A stretch of DNA of 51,811 nucleotides from Bacteroidia bacterium (GTDB lineage Bacteria > Bacteroidota > Bacteroidia > 2-12-FULL-35-15): NCBI GenBank assembly GCA_035439365.1, contig DAORKB010000002.1, positions 1 to 51,811 of the forward strand. The letters are read 5' to 3'. This document shows, one piece after another, positions 26,901-36,664 of the stretch. How positions within the stretch are numbered: the first letter of the stretch is position 1; every line of letters begins with the position of its first letter. Made by a program: the position numbers and the translations under genes. The notes under the pieces are model-generated. The model was not told where the DNA came from. It ran no database searches and saw nothing but the letters and a program-made list of their open reading frames with translations.

Positions 26901-28397
26901 ATGCTTAATTTTAAGAAACAATTAATCTCTAGAAGCATGTCCTCCGCAACTAAAACCAAAACAAAAAGTAACAGTAGTAAAATTAAAAGTAATTCCCAAA
27001 GTCGTAAAGAGCATGATTTTCTTGGTGAAAAAGAAATTCCAAACGATAAGTATTATGGTGTTCAAACACTTCGGGCACTCGAAAACTTTAATATCACAGG
27101 AATACGCGTGTCGCGTCATCCGGAATTTATTCAGGCCTTCGCCTATGTTAAAAAGGCAGCAGCAATTGCCAATCATGAGTGTGGTGTTTTGTCACCAGCT
27201 ATAAAAAAAGCCATCGTATACGCCTGTGATGAAATCATTGCCGGAAAATATGATGATCAGTTTGTAACCGATTTGATACAAGGTGGAGCCGGCACTTCCG
27301 TAAATATGAATGCGAATGAAGTAATCGCTAACGTGGGCCTTGAGTACATGGGGCACAGCAAAGGCGAATACAAATTTCTTCATCCAAATAACCATGTAAA
27401 TTTTTCCCAATCAACAAATGATACTTACCCTACTGCATTACGATTGGCCCTTCACAAAAAAACAGATGTTTATATCGATGCGTTGAAACAACTCAAAAAT
27501 GCATTCGAAAAAAAGGGTAAGGAATTTAAGAATGTATTAAAGATGGGAAGAACGCAATTGCAAGATGCTGTTCCTATGGTAATGGGCGATGAATTTAAAG
27601 GATTTGCAAACGCAATTGAAGAAGATATTACACGCATTAAAGAAACACAAGCCCTACTTCCCAGTTGCAATCTAGGTGGAACTGCCATTGGTACAATGAT
27701 CAATACTCCAAAAAATTATCCGCAATTAGTTAATAAGCACCTCGCAAAAATTAGTGGTATCCCTGTAACACTTGCAGATAATTTAATAGATGCCAGCTCT
27801 GACACCGGTGATTATGTTCAACTATCAGGTACGCTTAAACGAAGCGTGCTCAAAATATCTAAAATTTGTAGCGATTTACGTCTTCTTTCCTCGGGTCCAC
27901 GTTGCGGATTAAATGAAATCAATCTTCCGAAAATGCAACCTGGTTCATCCATCATGCCTGGAAAAGTAAATCCTGTTATTCCGGAAGTCGTGAACCAAAC
28001 AGCTTATTATGTTATTGGTGCCGATGTAACCATTACCATGGCTGCCGAAGCCGGACAACTTCAACTGAATGTGATGGAACCGGTTATTGGTTTCAGTTTG
28101 TTTACGTCCTTAGAATATATGACCAATGCCATTCATACGTTAATAGATAAATGCCTAAATGGTATTACCGCTAATGAAAAAGTATGTGCTGAGTTTGTGA
28201 TGAATAGTATAGGAATTGTTACTGCACTAAATCCGGTATTAGGATATGAAACATGTTCTGAAATTGCCAAAGAAGCAGGTGCCACCGGAAAATCTGTACA
28301 CACCATTGTTGTAAAAGAGCGCAAGTTCATTACTCAGGAAAAATGGGATAAAATTTATTCTGTTGATAATATGGTGAGACCGAAATTTTTTCAGTAG
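26901..28397 (+). CDS. aspA: Aspartate ammonia-lyase
   Basis: Fumarate-lyase signature GSSIMPGKVNP. N-terminal EHDFLGEKEIPNDKYYGVQTLRALENF is typical of AspA. An alternative start is the ATG at 26937. Confidence 0.92.
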   Translation: MLNFKKQLISRSMSSATKTKTKSNSSKIKSNSQSRKEHDFLGEKEIPNDKYYGVQTLRALENFNITGIRVSRHPEFIQAFAYVKKAAAIANHECGVLSPAIKKAIVYACDEIIAGKYDDQFVTDLIQGGAGTSVNMNANEVIANVGLEYMGHSKGEYKFLHPNNHVNFSQSTNDTYPTALRLALHKKTDVYIDALKQLKNAFEKKGKEFKNVLKMGRTQLQDAVPMVMGDEFKGFANAIEEDITRIKETQALLPSCNLGGTAIGTMINTPKNYPQLVNKHLAKISGIPVTLADNLIDASSDTGDYVQLSGTLKRSVLKISKICSDLRLLSSGPRCGLNEINLPKMQPGSSIMPGKVNPVIPEVVNQTAYYVIGADVTITMAAEAGQLQLNVMEPVIGFSLFTSLEYMTNAIHTLIDKCLNGITANEKVCAEFVMNSIGIVTALNPVLGYETCSEIAKEAGATGKSVHTIVVKERKFITQEKWDKIYSVDNMVRPKFFQ

Positions 28398-28411
28398 TCA
28401 CATCCGGATAA

Positions 28412-28446
28412 CCCGACAGGTTTTTAAAACCTGTCGGTTTTTTTTT
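28412..28446. terminator. Hairpin terminator between convergent aspA and mqo
   Basis: CCGACAGGTTTT-t-AAAACCTGTCGG followed by T9 on the plus strand. It lies between the stops at 28397 and 28464. Confidence 0.85.
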
Positions 28447-28463
28447 GTAGTTTACTTTACCTC

Positions 28464-29960
28464 TCAATTCAAATGCAACGCTTCTGAACTCTTCTTCCGT
28501 GTATCCTCGCACAACGCTTCATCTTCACTTAGTGATTTTGTATAAGAAGGAATCATTTCTTTTATTTTTTCTTTCCATCCTCCGTAATTCAGTTTTGTAT
28601 AAAAACACGATTTCAAAATATCCAACATAATCGATACAGACGTGGAAGCCCCGGGAGACGCTCCTAATAAAGCTGCCAAAGAACCATCCGAGTCATGCAC
28701 GATCTCTGTTCCAAATTCCAACACCCCACCTTCTTCCTCATCTTTTTTTATAACCTGTACACGCTGACCTGCAATTACCAGCTCCCAATCTTCTTTTTGA
28801 GCATTCGGAAAATATTCGCGCAGTGCTTTTAACCGATCATCCGGTGATTGACGAGCTTGATGAATTAAATATTTTGTAAGCGGTAAATTATGAAGACCTG
28901 CAGAAATCATTGGAATTACATTGTCAAGCTCTAACGAACCCGGCAGATCCCAGTAAGAACCATTTTTTAAAAACTTTGTACTGAACCCTGCAAAAGGGCC
29001 AAACAATAAGGCTTTCTTACCATCAATGATACGTGTATCCAGATGCGGAACCGACATCGGTGGTGAACCAACTGACGCTTTTCCATAAACTTTTGCATGA
29101 TGTTGTTCAATGATTTGAGGATTGGTACACCTCAACCACTGCCCACTTACAGGAAATCCACCGTATCCCTCTGCTGCTTTGATGTCTGATTTTTCTAACA
29201 ACGGCAATGCACCACCACCTGCCCCAATAAATACAAAACCTGCATTCACCACAGCTTTCTCATCCGTGTTCATATCTTTGATTTTTACATCCCAGGATCC
29301 ATCTTCAATTTTCCGCAGATCGGTTACATTGGTACTTAAATGTAATTGAACACCATTCAGACTTTTTAGGTAGTCGAACAATGCGCGTGTCAAAGCGCCA
29401 AAATCAATATCAGTACCTACCTCCATACGGGTAGCTGCAACAGGAACAGATTGATCCCTGCCCTCCATGACCAGCGGCATCCATGTTTCCAATTGCTTTA
29501 CATCATCTGAAAACTCCATACCTTTGAACAGGGGATTTTTTATTAATGCTTGCTGTCTCTTTTTTAAATAGGAAACATTTTCTGCACCCCATACAAAACT
29601 CATGTGAGGTACATTATGAATAAACGACTCCGGGGTATTTAAATAGTTTTGCTTAATTAAATAGGCCCAAAACTCGCGCGACAATTCAAAAGATTCAGCA
29701 ATCTTTATTGCCTTTTTAATATCAACCGAGCCATCATCTGATTGTGGTGTATAATTTAATTCACAATATGCAGAATGTCCTGTTCCTGCATTATTCCAGG
29801 CATCCGAACTTTCACCGGCAACAACATCCAGACGTTCAAAAATTTTGATTTGCAAATCAGGATGTAAAATTTTTAATAACACGCCAAGTGTTGCGCTCAT
29901 GATACCTGCCCCAACAAGCACAACATCAGGCTTCTCAATATTATTTTGATCATTTATCAT
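28464..29960 (-). CDS. mqo: Malate:quinone oxidoreductase
   Basis: 498 aa. N-terminal FAD fold DVVLVGAGIMSATLGVLLK. Collinear with the Mqo family. Confidence 0.92.
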   Translation of the reverse strand: MINDQNNIEKPDVVLVGAGIMSATLGVLLKILHPDLQIKIFERLDVVAGESSDAWNNAGTGHSAYCELNYTPQSDDGSVDIKKAIKIAESFELSREFWAYLIKQNYLNTPESFIHNVPHMSFVWGAENVSYLKKRQQALIKNPLFKGMEFSDDVKQLETWMPLVMEGRDQSVPVAATRMEVGTDIDFGALTRALFDYLKSLNGVQLHLSTNVTDLRKIEDGSWDVKIKDMNTDEKAVVNAGFVFIGAGGGALPLLEKSDIKAAEGYGGFPVSGQWLRCTNPQIIEQHHAKVYGKASVGSPPMSVPHLDTRIIDGKKALLFGPFAGFSTKFLKNGSYWDLPGSLELDNVIPMISAGLHNLPLTKYLIHQARQSPDDRLKALREYFPNAQKEDWELVIAGQRVQVIKKDEEEGGVLEFGTEIVHDSDGSLAALLGASPGASTSVSIMLDILKSCFYTKLNYGGWKEKIKEMIPSYTKSLSEDEALCEDTRKKSSEALHLN

Positions 29961-30057
29961 ATCTCCGGTATTTCAACTATTACTCCTTGATTTGACAAGG
30001 CAAGCCCAATGATTATTGGGACTGGAAGTAAAATATTTGTAGGAGTACTATTTACAA

Positions 30058-31146
30058 TTAATGCAAAACGGTTTGTCCTTTAATAAAAAACTTAAAATCA
30101 CTTACGCCTGAATTATATTTCAACACATCACCTGTTAATTCAAACATTTTTACCTTTTCTTCAGAAATACGTTGCTGTTTTCCATAATACAACGCCTGCA
30201 AATACCCACTTCTGTCTATGTATGCGACCGTATTAAAATCCTTCTGAATGTTGGTTGGCAGATACGTTTCCAATGTCGTTATCTTTCCTTTATAAAAAGC
30301 AGTAAAATATTTGCTATCGAAATAGATCAATACATTATCCGTGACATCATAAAAACTAGGTGTAAAAGATGCTATTTTCAAAAGTTGTCCCTGATAAAAC
30401 ACTTTAAAATCTCCCGTATTGCTAACATAAGCCACCATATCGTCGCCAGCAATAAAAGAAATAGGTGCATTACTCTCAACTGTATAATTCATTCCACTAT
30501 AAAATATCTTAAACGCTTGTGTATAGGCATCCAAATAAGCAACAATGTTTTTACCTACTTTAAATGTTGTTGGTGCATAGCTTTCCAAATTTAATATACG
30601 TTCATGATAGTATATCTTAAACTGGTTTGCTGAATTGATATACGCCAGGATATTATCTCCTACTTTAAACTTTACAGAATCCGGATCTACTCCATATACA
30701 CCTTCAATATCCTGAGTTTGACCATTGTAATACGCTCTTAAATAGGCGCTATTCAAATCATAAAAAGCCACCATGCTATCGCCTACTGCATATGAAGTTG
30801 TATTACCACTCAACAACGTACGTTTTCCATTATCAAAAACATTTAAAATCATGTCTCTATAGAAAACAACATAATTATCGCATGCATCATACCTTGCAGG
30901 TGAAATGGATAGTAAATCATAGGAGTCACCTTTATAGTAAGCACGAAAATTATCCACACCATTCACATAAGCAATGGCATTTCCTCCTATTTTATAAGAT
31001 GTAATGGGTTGAGATTCTAATTGAATATTCGGACCGTTATCAAATGCAAAAAAATAGTTTTTATAATCAGTATAAGCAGCCAGACTTTGTGCTGAAATTT
31101 CAGAAAAAAGCAGAGCAGAAACTAAAAGCGTAACATAAATTTTCAT
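30058..31146 (-). CDS. Secreted protein built from about ten tandem ~35-aa repeats (beta-propeller-like); unknown family
   Basis: Signal peptide ending SAQ. Recurring unit (V/A)GDN.(V/I)AY.....F..(Y/F)Y.G....(L/I). The ORF-track start at 31152 is TTG; the ATG at 31146 is preferred. Confidence 0.75.
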   Translation of the reverse strand: MKIYVTLLVSALLFSEISAQSLAAYTDYKNYFFAFDNGPNIQLESQPITSYKIGGNAIAYVNGVDNFRAYYKGDSYDLLSISPARYDACDNYVVFYRDMILNVFDNGKRTLLSGNTTSYAVGDSMVAFYDLNSAYLRAYYNGQTQDIEGVYGVDPDSVKFKVGDNILAYINSANQFKIYYHERILNLESYAPTTFKVGKNIVAYLDAYTQAFKIFYSGMNYTVESNAPISFIAGDDMVAYVSNTGDFKVFYQGQLLKIASFTPSFYDVTDNVLIYFDSKYFTAFYKGKITTLETYLPTNIQKDFNTVAYIDRSGYLQALYYGKQQRISEEKVKMFELTGDVLKYNSGVSDFKFFIKGQTVLH

Positions 31147-31268
31147 AACCAAAATGGGGATATTCTTTGTGGGAGTAAACTTAGCAATAATAAGTGGATG
31201 TTATTCAAATCACTGCAAGTTCTTGTGATCCTGAGCACTAAAATCCCCACTCTTTTTTACTTTTAGTG

Positions 31269-32420
31269 TTAAAAACACACAAATAATAATTTGGAAACGA
31301 CCTTTTTTTTGAAATCCAATGCATACACTTTCAGTTTATGCTGGCCAAGTGTTAACAAGCTGCCATCGACAGCAATCGCATCTTTATTCACTCCCAAAAC
31401 AGTTCCGCTCGTTGTCCATTTAAAAACCGATACCTGATTTTTTACGCTTGCATTTCCATCCACTACCCAACGTGTCGACATTGTATTGGAAATAGGCAAC
31501 ATGTACAAAATGGAAAAATTCGCTAACTGATTACTTATGGATACCGTTGATTGTATAGGTGTTTTTTCGTAAACAGGTTTTACAAGCGAATGTATCTTTT
31601 CAACGATCGTTTCTGAACAGACACTACAAAATGGTTTTCCCAAAATTTCCATCTTACATTCCCCGTTTCTTGGTTTTTTCCAGCTTGGGTCAGTTGAATG
31701 AGAATTAATTCCAATGCCATTTACATTCATCCAGTTCTTCCATTTTACTAAAGTAGGACTTGTTTCTTTGGTCATATTCGGTTTTTCCATTGCGTACTGT
31801 GCCCCTGCCCAATACTCATCCGCCAATGCACCAAATGAGTGCCCTCCTTCATGCAAACCAATTTCTCCACTGCTTCCATTTGTTGTAAAAGTTGCAAACT
31901 GTCCGCCTGCACCACCATACTGAGATGAATTTCCGATGATATACACTTGATCATAATTCGGGAAGTTAGCAGAAAGTACATTCGCAACCTTTGTTTCATT
32001 TGGTGACACCAACCGATGGATACCTGCAAGATCAAACGTAGTCCCAAAATAATTGTTCGGATTGGATTGCGGATGGTTACCTGCTGCCGGACAGTCTGAT
32101 GCTGTACGGGGATGCTTTATTCCTGATTCTGGTGATGGTACTTCAATTAAAAAAACATTGAAATAATTTTTATACTCTTTGTACGGTGTTTGAGAAAACA
32201 TAAACGTATTCACATAATTCGCTGCATCTGTTTTAAATAAATTTTGCTCTGTGCTTGTATACCCATCTCCTAAAATCACCACATTGATATATTTATTGAT
32301 ATCACCTTTATACTGAAGTGTATCAATTTTATAGGTTTGAGCGGTTATGCTAACATGCCAGATTAATAAAAGTGACAGGAACGAAAACCGATAATAACGA
32401 TTGTGTAATTTCTTTTTCAT
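31269..32420 (-). CDS. M64 (IgA-peptidase-like) family zinc metallopeptidase
   Basis: INVVILGDGYT N-terminal motif. Zinc site GLHEGGHSFGALADEY (HExxH...DEY), as in peptidase M64. Signal peptide. Confidence 0.85.
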   Translation of the reverse strand: MKKKLHNRYYRFSFLSLLLIWHVSITAQTYKIDTLQYKGDINKYINVVILGDGYTSTEQNLFKTDAANYVNTFMFSQTPYKEYKNYFNVFLIEVPSPESGIKHPRTASDCPAAGNHPQSNPNNYFGTTFDLAGIHRLVSPNETKVANVLSANFPNYDQVYIIGNSSQYGGAGGQFATFTTNGSSGEIGLHEGGHSFGALADEYWAGAQYAMEKPNMTKETSPTLVKWKNWMNVNGIGINSHSTDPSWKKPRNGECKMEILGKPFCSVCSETIVEKIHSLVKPVYEKTPIQSTVSISNQLANFSILYMLPISNTMSTRWVVDGNASVKNQVSVFKWTTSGTVLGVNKDAIAVDGSLLTLGQHKLKVYALDFKKKVVSKLLFVCF

Positions 32421-32447
32421 GGTGGAAGGTTTTGGATTGTTTGGGAT

Positions 32448-32942
32448 TTACAAGGAAAAGGTGATCAACTCACGGGTTTTAACACCATTCAATGTTTCAA
32501 TTATTTTTACGCTTGCCGATTTTCCTTTCAACTGAAATCTCAGGAAAAATTCAGCCTCCTTATTTTTTACTTCTTTTACGCTCATCTCATTTTTTTCATT
32601 CTTATACTCATACACACGAAACAAAGGATGATCAATTCGTATCGTATCCTCCTCTTTTGAATCATTGTACAAAATACAGGTTAAATAATTATTGGAACGA
32701 ACTGCACCAGCATTGTTACTTTTTAAATGCCCCGTATTTAGTGTTTTCTCAAGTACCGTTATCTCGTTAGTACGTGTAACGGAATCAGCTGTAATTTTTA
32801 ACGTTACAAATGCAATACGGTCTTCAGTAGGAATTCCTGACTGAATTGATTTGTTTTCAATCGCTCCTAATGACGTTACTTGCTTATGATTTGTACATGA
32901 CAAAAAACACAAAACGATCACTATACAAATTATACCTTTCAT
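32448..32942 (-). CDS. Hypothetical lipoprotein
   Basis: 164-aa ORF, lipobox LCFLSCT, 27 nt upstream of the M64 gene on the same strand. Confidence 0.65.
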   Translation of the reverse strand: MKGIICIVIVLCFLSCTNHKQVTSLGAIENKSIQSGIPTEDRIAFVTLKITADSVTRTNEITVLEKTLNTGHLKSNNAGAVRSNNYLTCILYNDSKEEDTIRIDHPLFRVYEYKNEKNEMSVKEVKNKEAEFFLRFQLKGKSASVKIIETLNGVKTRELITFSL

Positions 32943-33016
32943 AACATCACCCTATTTCTATTCAATTTAAAATTACTTTAATAAAATTGACCCTACCGAT
33001 CATTTATTAACCTTTT

Positions 33017-33595
33017 TTAATGATTATTTAGTACTCGTTCCAATCGTTTATCCGGAATGAGCCACATGAATGCCACCATCACATATATAAATCCCGAAAG
33101 CCATTCGATGAGAAATGCAGAAGGAATTGCAATCATATAAAGTACCGGAGATATTTTACCTTTAAAATCTTTGCCTAAGGCAGTAGCTAACACAGAAGTT
33201 GTTCCGTTTACCAGCACCAATTGGTTTTGCAATATCCAATATGCAATAGCAGCCATCAATAATATGAAACCATAAAGTGCGGTAGGTGCAGGAGCGAAAT
33301 GACTTTCGCCCATCCAACTTGTTACAAAAGGTACGAGCGATAACCAAAATAATAAATGCAAATTTGCCCATAACACGCCTCCGGTTATTCTCTCCGCAGC
33401 ATGAATTAAATGATGATGATTGTTCCAGTAAATTCCTAAATAAATAAAACTAAGAACATAGCTTAAAAAGACGGGTATAAGAGGTATCAACCCATTTAAA
33501 TCTTCACTATGTGGAACCTTTAGTTCCAAAACCATAATGGTAATAATGATTGCAATCACACCATCACTAAATGCTTCTAATCTTCCTTTTTTCAT
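33017..33595 (-). CDS. TMEM175 / DUF1211 family potassium channel
   Basis: Signature RLEAFSDGVIAIIITIMVLEL at the N-terminus. Six predicted TM helices in 192 aa. Confidence 0.88.
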   Translation of the reverse strand: MKKGRLEAFSDGVIAIIITIMVLELKVPHSEDLNGLIPLIPVFLSYVLSFIYLGIYWNNHHHLIHAAERITGGVLWANLHLLFWLSLVPFVTSWMGESHFAPAPTALYGFILLMAAIAYWILQNQLVLVNGTTSVLATALGKDFKGKISPVLYMIAIPSAFLIEWLSGFIYVMVAFMWLIPDKRLERVLNNH

Positions 33596-33675
33596 ATGTA
33601 CTTTCTAAATATTTTCGTTATTTTTTTGCTTAACGAATATATACAAAACATATATATGAATATCTAAAAAACGAT

Positions 33676-33730
33676 GTGCCCTGTGTACCTATGTGGTTAT
33701 AAAATCAAACCACATAGGTACACAGGGCAC
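33676..33730 (-). terminator. Perfect 23-bp-stem hairpin downstream of cphA
   Basis: GTGCCCTGTGTACCTATGTGGTT (33676-33698) and its exact reverse complement (33708-33730), with a 9-nt loop. On the minus strand it is followed by ATCGTTTTTT. Confidence 0.7.
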
Positions 33731-33746
33731 ATACGTATAAATCTTT

Positions 33747-36431
33747 TTACTGCTTGGAAGCTATTCCAAAATTGCTGTGTGTAACAACTAAAGAAATAAT
33801 TTTATTGGATTCATTGTTCGCATTCTGTTCTTCTTCCAGTTTCTTGGCCAGAAAAGCTGTACTTTCCTTCACTGCATCCGTGCAATCAACAATAAATGAA
33901 TGTGGTTTTGCATTCTCTACACAATATGCCAAGGCGTCTAACTCTTCAGAAATAACTTTAATTGGAATAAACTTCGACACTTCATAAATCCCTTGTGTTA
34001 ACAATTTTGTCATGTTTTCCTGTGTTCTTCCTCGCATATCATGATCATGGCGGATGATAATCTCATCAAACATTTGTGCTGATAGTCTTCCCATTGTTAA
34101 AATATCTTCATCTCTTCTGTCACCTGCAACAGTCACAATTCCAACTTTAACAGCGGCCTGCGTTTTATCCATAAATTTTTTCAATTGCACAAAACCATCT
34201 GTATTATGAGCATAATCCACCATCACTTCAAAATTTTTAAACTTAAAAATATTCATTCGTCCAGGCGTTTGCTCTGCCGATGGGATAAATGTTTTTAACG
34301 CTTCTCGTATATTTTCAACTGATATATTACTCAATGTGGCCGCAAGTACAGCCGGTAAAATATTTTTAATCATACACTCTGCTCTGCCATTTAAACTCAA
34401 AGGGATTTGAATCACTTTTTCTATCCGTGTTTTCCATTTCCCCTTTGAAACAACAACGTATCCTTTTTCAATAAAGGCGGCAGTTCCTCCATTTTCACAA
34501 TGCTTTTCAACACGAGGATTATTTTCTTCCATGCTAAACAACACAACTGTTGCATCCACCTCTTTTCGCATCTCATACACCAAATCATCATCGGCATTTA
34601 AAATAGCAAAACCGCTCTTTTTAGCACTTCTTGCTACTACAGATTTAACTTTTGCCATCTCCTCCAGTGTATGAATATCTTTTAAACCCAAATGATCTTC
34701 TGTAATATTCGTTACAATACTGATATCACATTCATCAAACCCCAAACCTGAACGAAGTATACCACCTCTTGCACATTCCAATACAGCAAAATCAACTGTT
34801 GGGTCAAGCAATACGGCCTCTGCACTTACTGGTCCCGTGCAATCTCCATGATGAATTTCATATCCGTCAATGTAAATACCATCAGTTGTTGTGTATCCAA
34901 CCCGATGTCCAACATGCTTTGCCATGTGAGCAATTAAGCGTGTTGTTGTTGTTTTTCCATTCGTTCCTGTTATAGCAACAAGTGGAACATGTGATTTTTC
35001 CGGTTCAGGAAACATCATATTTATAATAGATTCTGCTACATTTCTGGCAATTCCTTTTGAAGGATTCAAATGCATACGCAAGCCAGGGCACGCATTTACT
35101 TCAACAATTCCACCTATTTCACGCGTAAGTGGCACATTGATATCCTTTGCAACGACATCGATTCCACAAATATCCAGATTCAGAATACGTGCTGCACGTT
35201 CTGCCAGAAAAACATTATACGGGTGAACAAGATCGGTCACATCTCTGGATGTTCCTCCACTGCTCAGATTGGCTGTATCTTTTAAAAACAAAATTTCACC
35301 AATTGGCAAAACGCTGTTCAATGTTACGTTTTTCTTTGAAAGCAGATTCAATGTAATTTCATCTACCTTAATTGCGGTAAGTATATTTTCGTGACCTTCT
35401 CCTCTATTGGGATCCGAATTGGTTTGATCAATTAATTGCTGTACGGTTAAAACACCATCTCCCATTACCATTGCAGGCGTACGTTTCGCTACTGCTACAA
35501 GTTTGTAATTTACAACAAGAAAACGATAATCAAATCCCTGAATAAATTCTTCAACGATGATTTCATTTGAGATTTCCTTTGCAATTAAATAAGCTGCTAT
35601 TGCCTCTTTTGCTGTTGTTATATTTGTAGTGATTCCTCTTCCATGATTTCCATCAATAGGTTTTATGACTAAAGGAAATTGAACTTCTTCCAATGCATCC
35701 TTTAATTCTTCTTCACGTTTAACCAGAATACCTTTGGGAACAGGAATATATGCTTTTTCTAAAATTTTTTTTGTGTCATCTTTATCACCGGCTATGTCTA
35801 TTCCCATTCCACTTGTTGAATCGGTCATGGTAGCCCGAATCCTCCGTTGATTTTTTCCTTGTCCGAAAACCACGAAAGAACCTTCATTTAATCGCTTGTA
35901 TGGAATACCCAATTTCTTCGCTTCTTCCACAATAGCACCTGTACTTGGCCCAAAGCCATACTTAGCTTTTAATTGACACAACTCATCTAAATCAGTTTTT
36001 AAATCATACGGTTTACCATTTATCAGCGCTTCGGCAATTCGGATGGCAGCCTTTCCGGCAACGATTCCCGCCTTTTCAATTTCATAGCTATAAACCACAT
36101 TGTAAACGCCATTTGTAATCGTTGAACGCGTTCTTCCATAACCGCATTCCATGCCAGCCAGCGATTGAATTTCTAAAGCAATGTGTTCAATAACATGTCC
36201 CATCCAGGTACCTTCTTCAACACGTTTAAAAAAACCACCAGCATGTCCTTCGGAGCAACGATGAGTTTGTAAGGACGGAATCAATTCCTTTAATCGTTCT
36301 AAAAAACCGTCAATTTTATTTGTAGGTAATTTTTCCAACTCTTCCAGATCCAATTTAAGAACAATAAGTTGTTTACGGTAGTTCGACCAATAATTAGGGC
36401 CGCGCATCACCTTTATATCAAGTAATTTCAT
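33747..36431 (-). CDS. cphA: Cyanophycin synthetase
   Basis: N-terminus MKLLDIKVMRGPNYWS. ATP-grasp middle region. Mur-ligase-like P-loop VAITGTNGKTTTTRLIAHM. The ~890-aa length is typical of CphA1. The ATG at 36431 is preferred over the TTG at 36440. Confidence 0.93.
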   Translation of the reverse strand: MKLLDIKVMRGPNYWSNYRKQLIVLKLDLEELEKLPTNKIDGFLERLKELIPSLQTHRCSEGHAGGFFKRVEEGTWMGHVIEHIALEIQSLAGMECGYGRTRSTITNGVYNVVYSYEIEKAGIVAGKAAIRIAEALINGKPYDLKTDLDELCQLKAKYGFGPSTGAIVEEAKKLGIPYKRLNEGSFVVFGQGKNQRRIRATMTDSTSGMGIDIAGDKDDTKKILEKAYIPVPKGILVKREEELKDALEEVQFPLVIKPIDGNHGRGITTNITTAKEAIAAYLIAKEISNEIIVEEFIQGFDYRFLVVNYKLVAVAKRTPAMVMGDGVLTVQQLIDQTNSDPNRGEGHENILTAIKVDEITLNLLSKKNVTLNSVLPIGEILFLKDTANLSSGGTSRDVTDLVHPYNVFLAERAARILNLDICGIDVVAKDINVPLTREIGGIVEVNACPGLRMHLNPSKGIARNVAESIINMMFPEPEKSHVPLVAITGTNGKTTTTRLIAHMAKHVGHRVGYTTTDGIYIDGYEIHHGDCTGPVSAEAVLLDPTVDFAVLECARGGILRSGLGFDECDISIVTNITEDHLGLKDIHTLEEMAKVKSVVARSAKKSGFAILNADDDLVYEMRKEVDATVVLFSMEENNPRVEKHCENGGTAAFIEKGYVVVSKGKWKTRIEKVIQIPLSLNGRAECMIKNILPAVLAATLSNISVENIREALKTFIPSAEQTPGRMNIFKFKNFEVMVDYAHNTDGFVQLKKFMDKTQAAVKVGIVTVAGDRRDEDILTMGRLSAQMFDEIIIRHDHDMRGRTQENMTKLLTQGIYEVSKFIPIKVISEELDALAYCVENAKPHSFIVDCTDAVKESTAFLAKKLEEEQNANNESNKIISLVVTHSNFGIASKQ

Positions 36432-36630
36432 AAAGTTCAAATTTTATTTTGTGAGCAAAACATGTCAAAAAAATATGCCTAAACATAAAACCTTATCTAT
36501 CAATAATTTACTAATTTCCCCAAAAATCAATTCCGTAGGTACCCTTACGCATTTCACAGATTGGGCAATTTTTTACTCAGCGAGTATCTTTTTTTTGAGA
36601 TTTGTAAAATATTAAAAAAAAATACGGATA

Positions 36631-36664
36631 ATTGTAAGCCTGATTAAGAGAATACGCTTACAAT
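36631..36664. promoter_or_regulatory. Inverted repeat ATTGTAAGC-N16-GCTTACAAT in the cphA / LytTR-regulator divergent intergenic region
   Basis: Perfect 9-bp arms at 36631-36639 and 36656-36664. TTTGTAAAAT at 36601-36610 is a related half-site. A TAnnTTTG-like box, TATTTTTG, lies at 36711-36718. Confidence 0.35.

Noticed and set aside
31236-31268. Inverted repeat CACTAAAA-N17-TTTTAGTG just after the M64 gene stop
   Set aside because: It has an 8-bp AT-rich stem with a long loop and no U-tract on the minus strand. It is too weak to call a terminator or an element.
31269-31560. Possible T9SS sorting domain at the C-terminus of the M64 peptidase
   Set aside because: The tail (…LTLGQHKLKVYALDFKKKVVSKLLFVCF) only vaguely resembles the CTD pattern seen clearly in the 451-, 913- and 975-aa proteins. 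It needs an HMM test.
36575-36600. Small hairpin TACTC-agc-GAGTA followed by a T8 run upstream of the LytTR gene
   Set aside because: The 5-bp stem is too weak for a confident terminator, and no upstream plus-strand transcript is evident.
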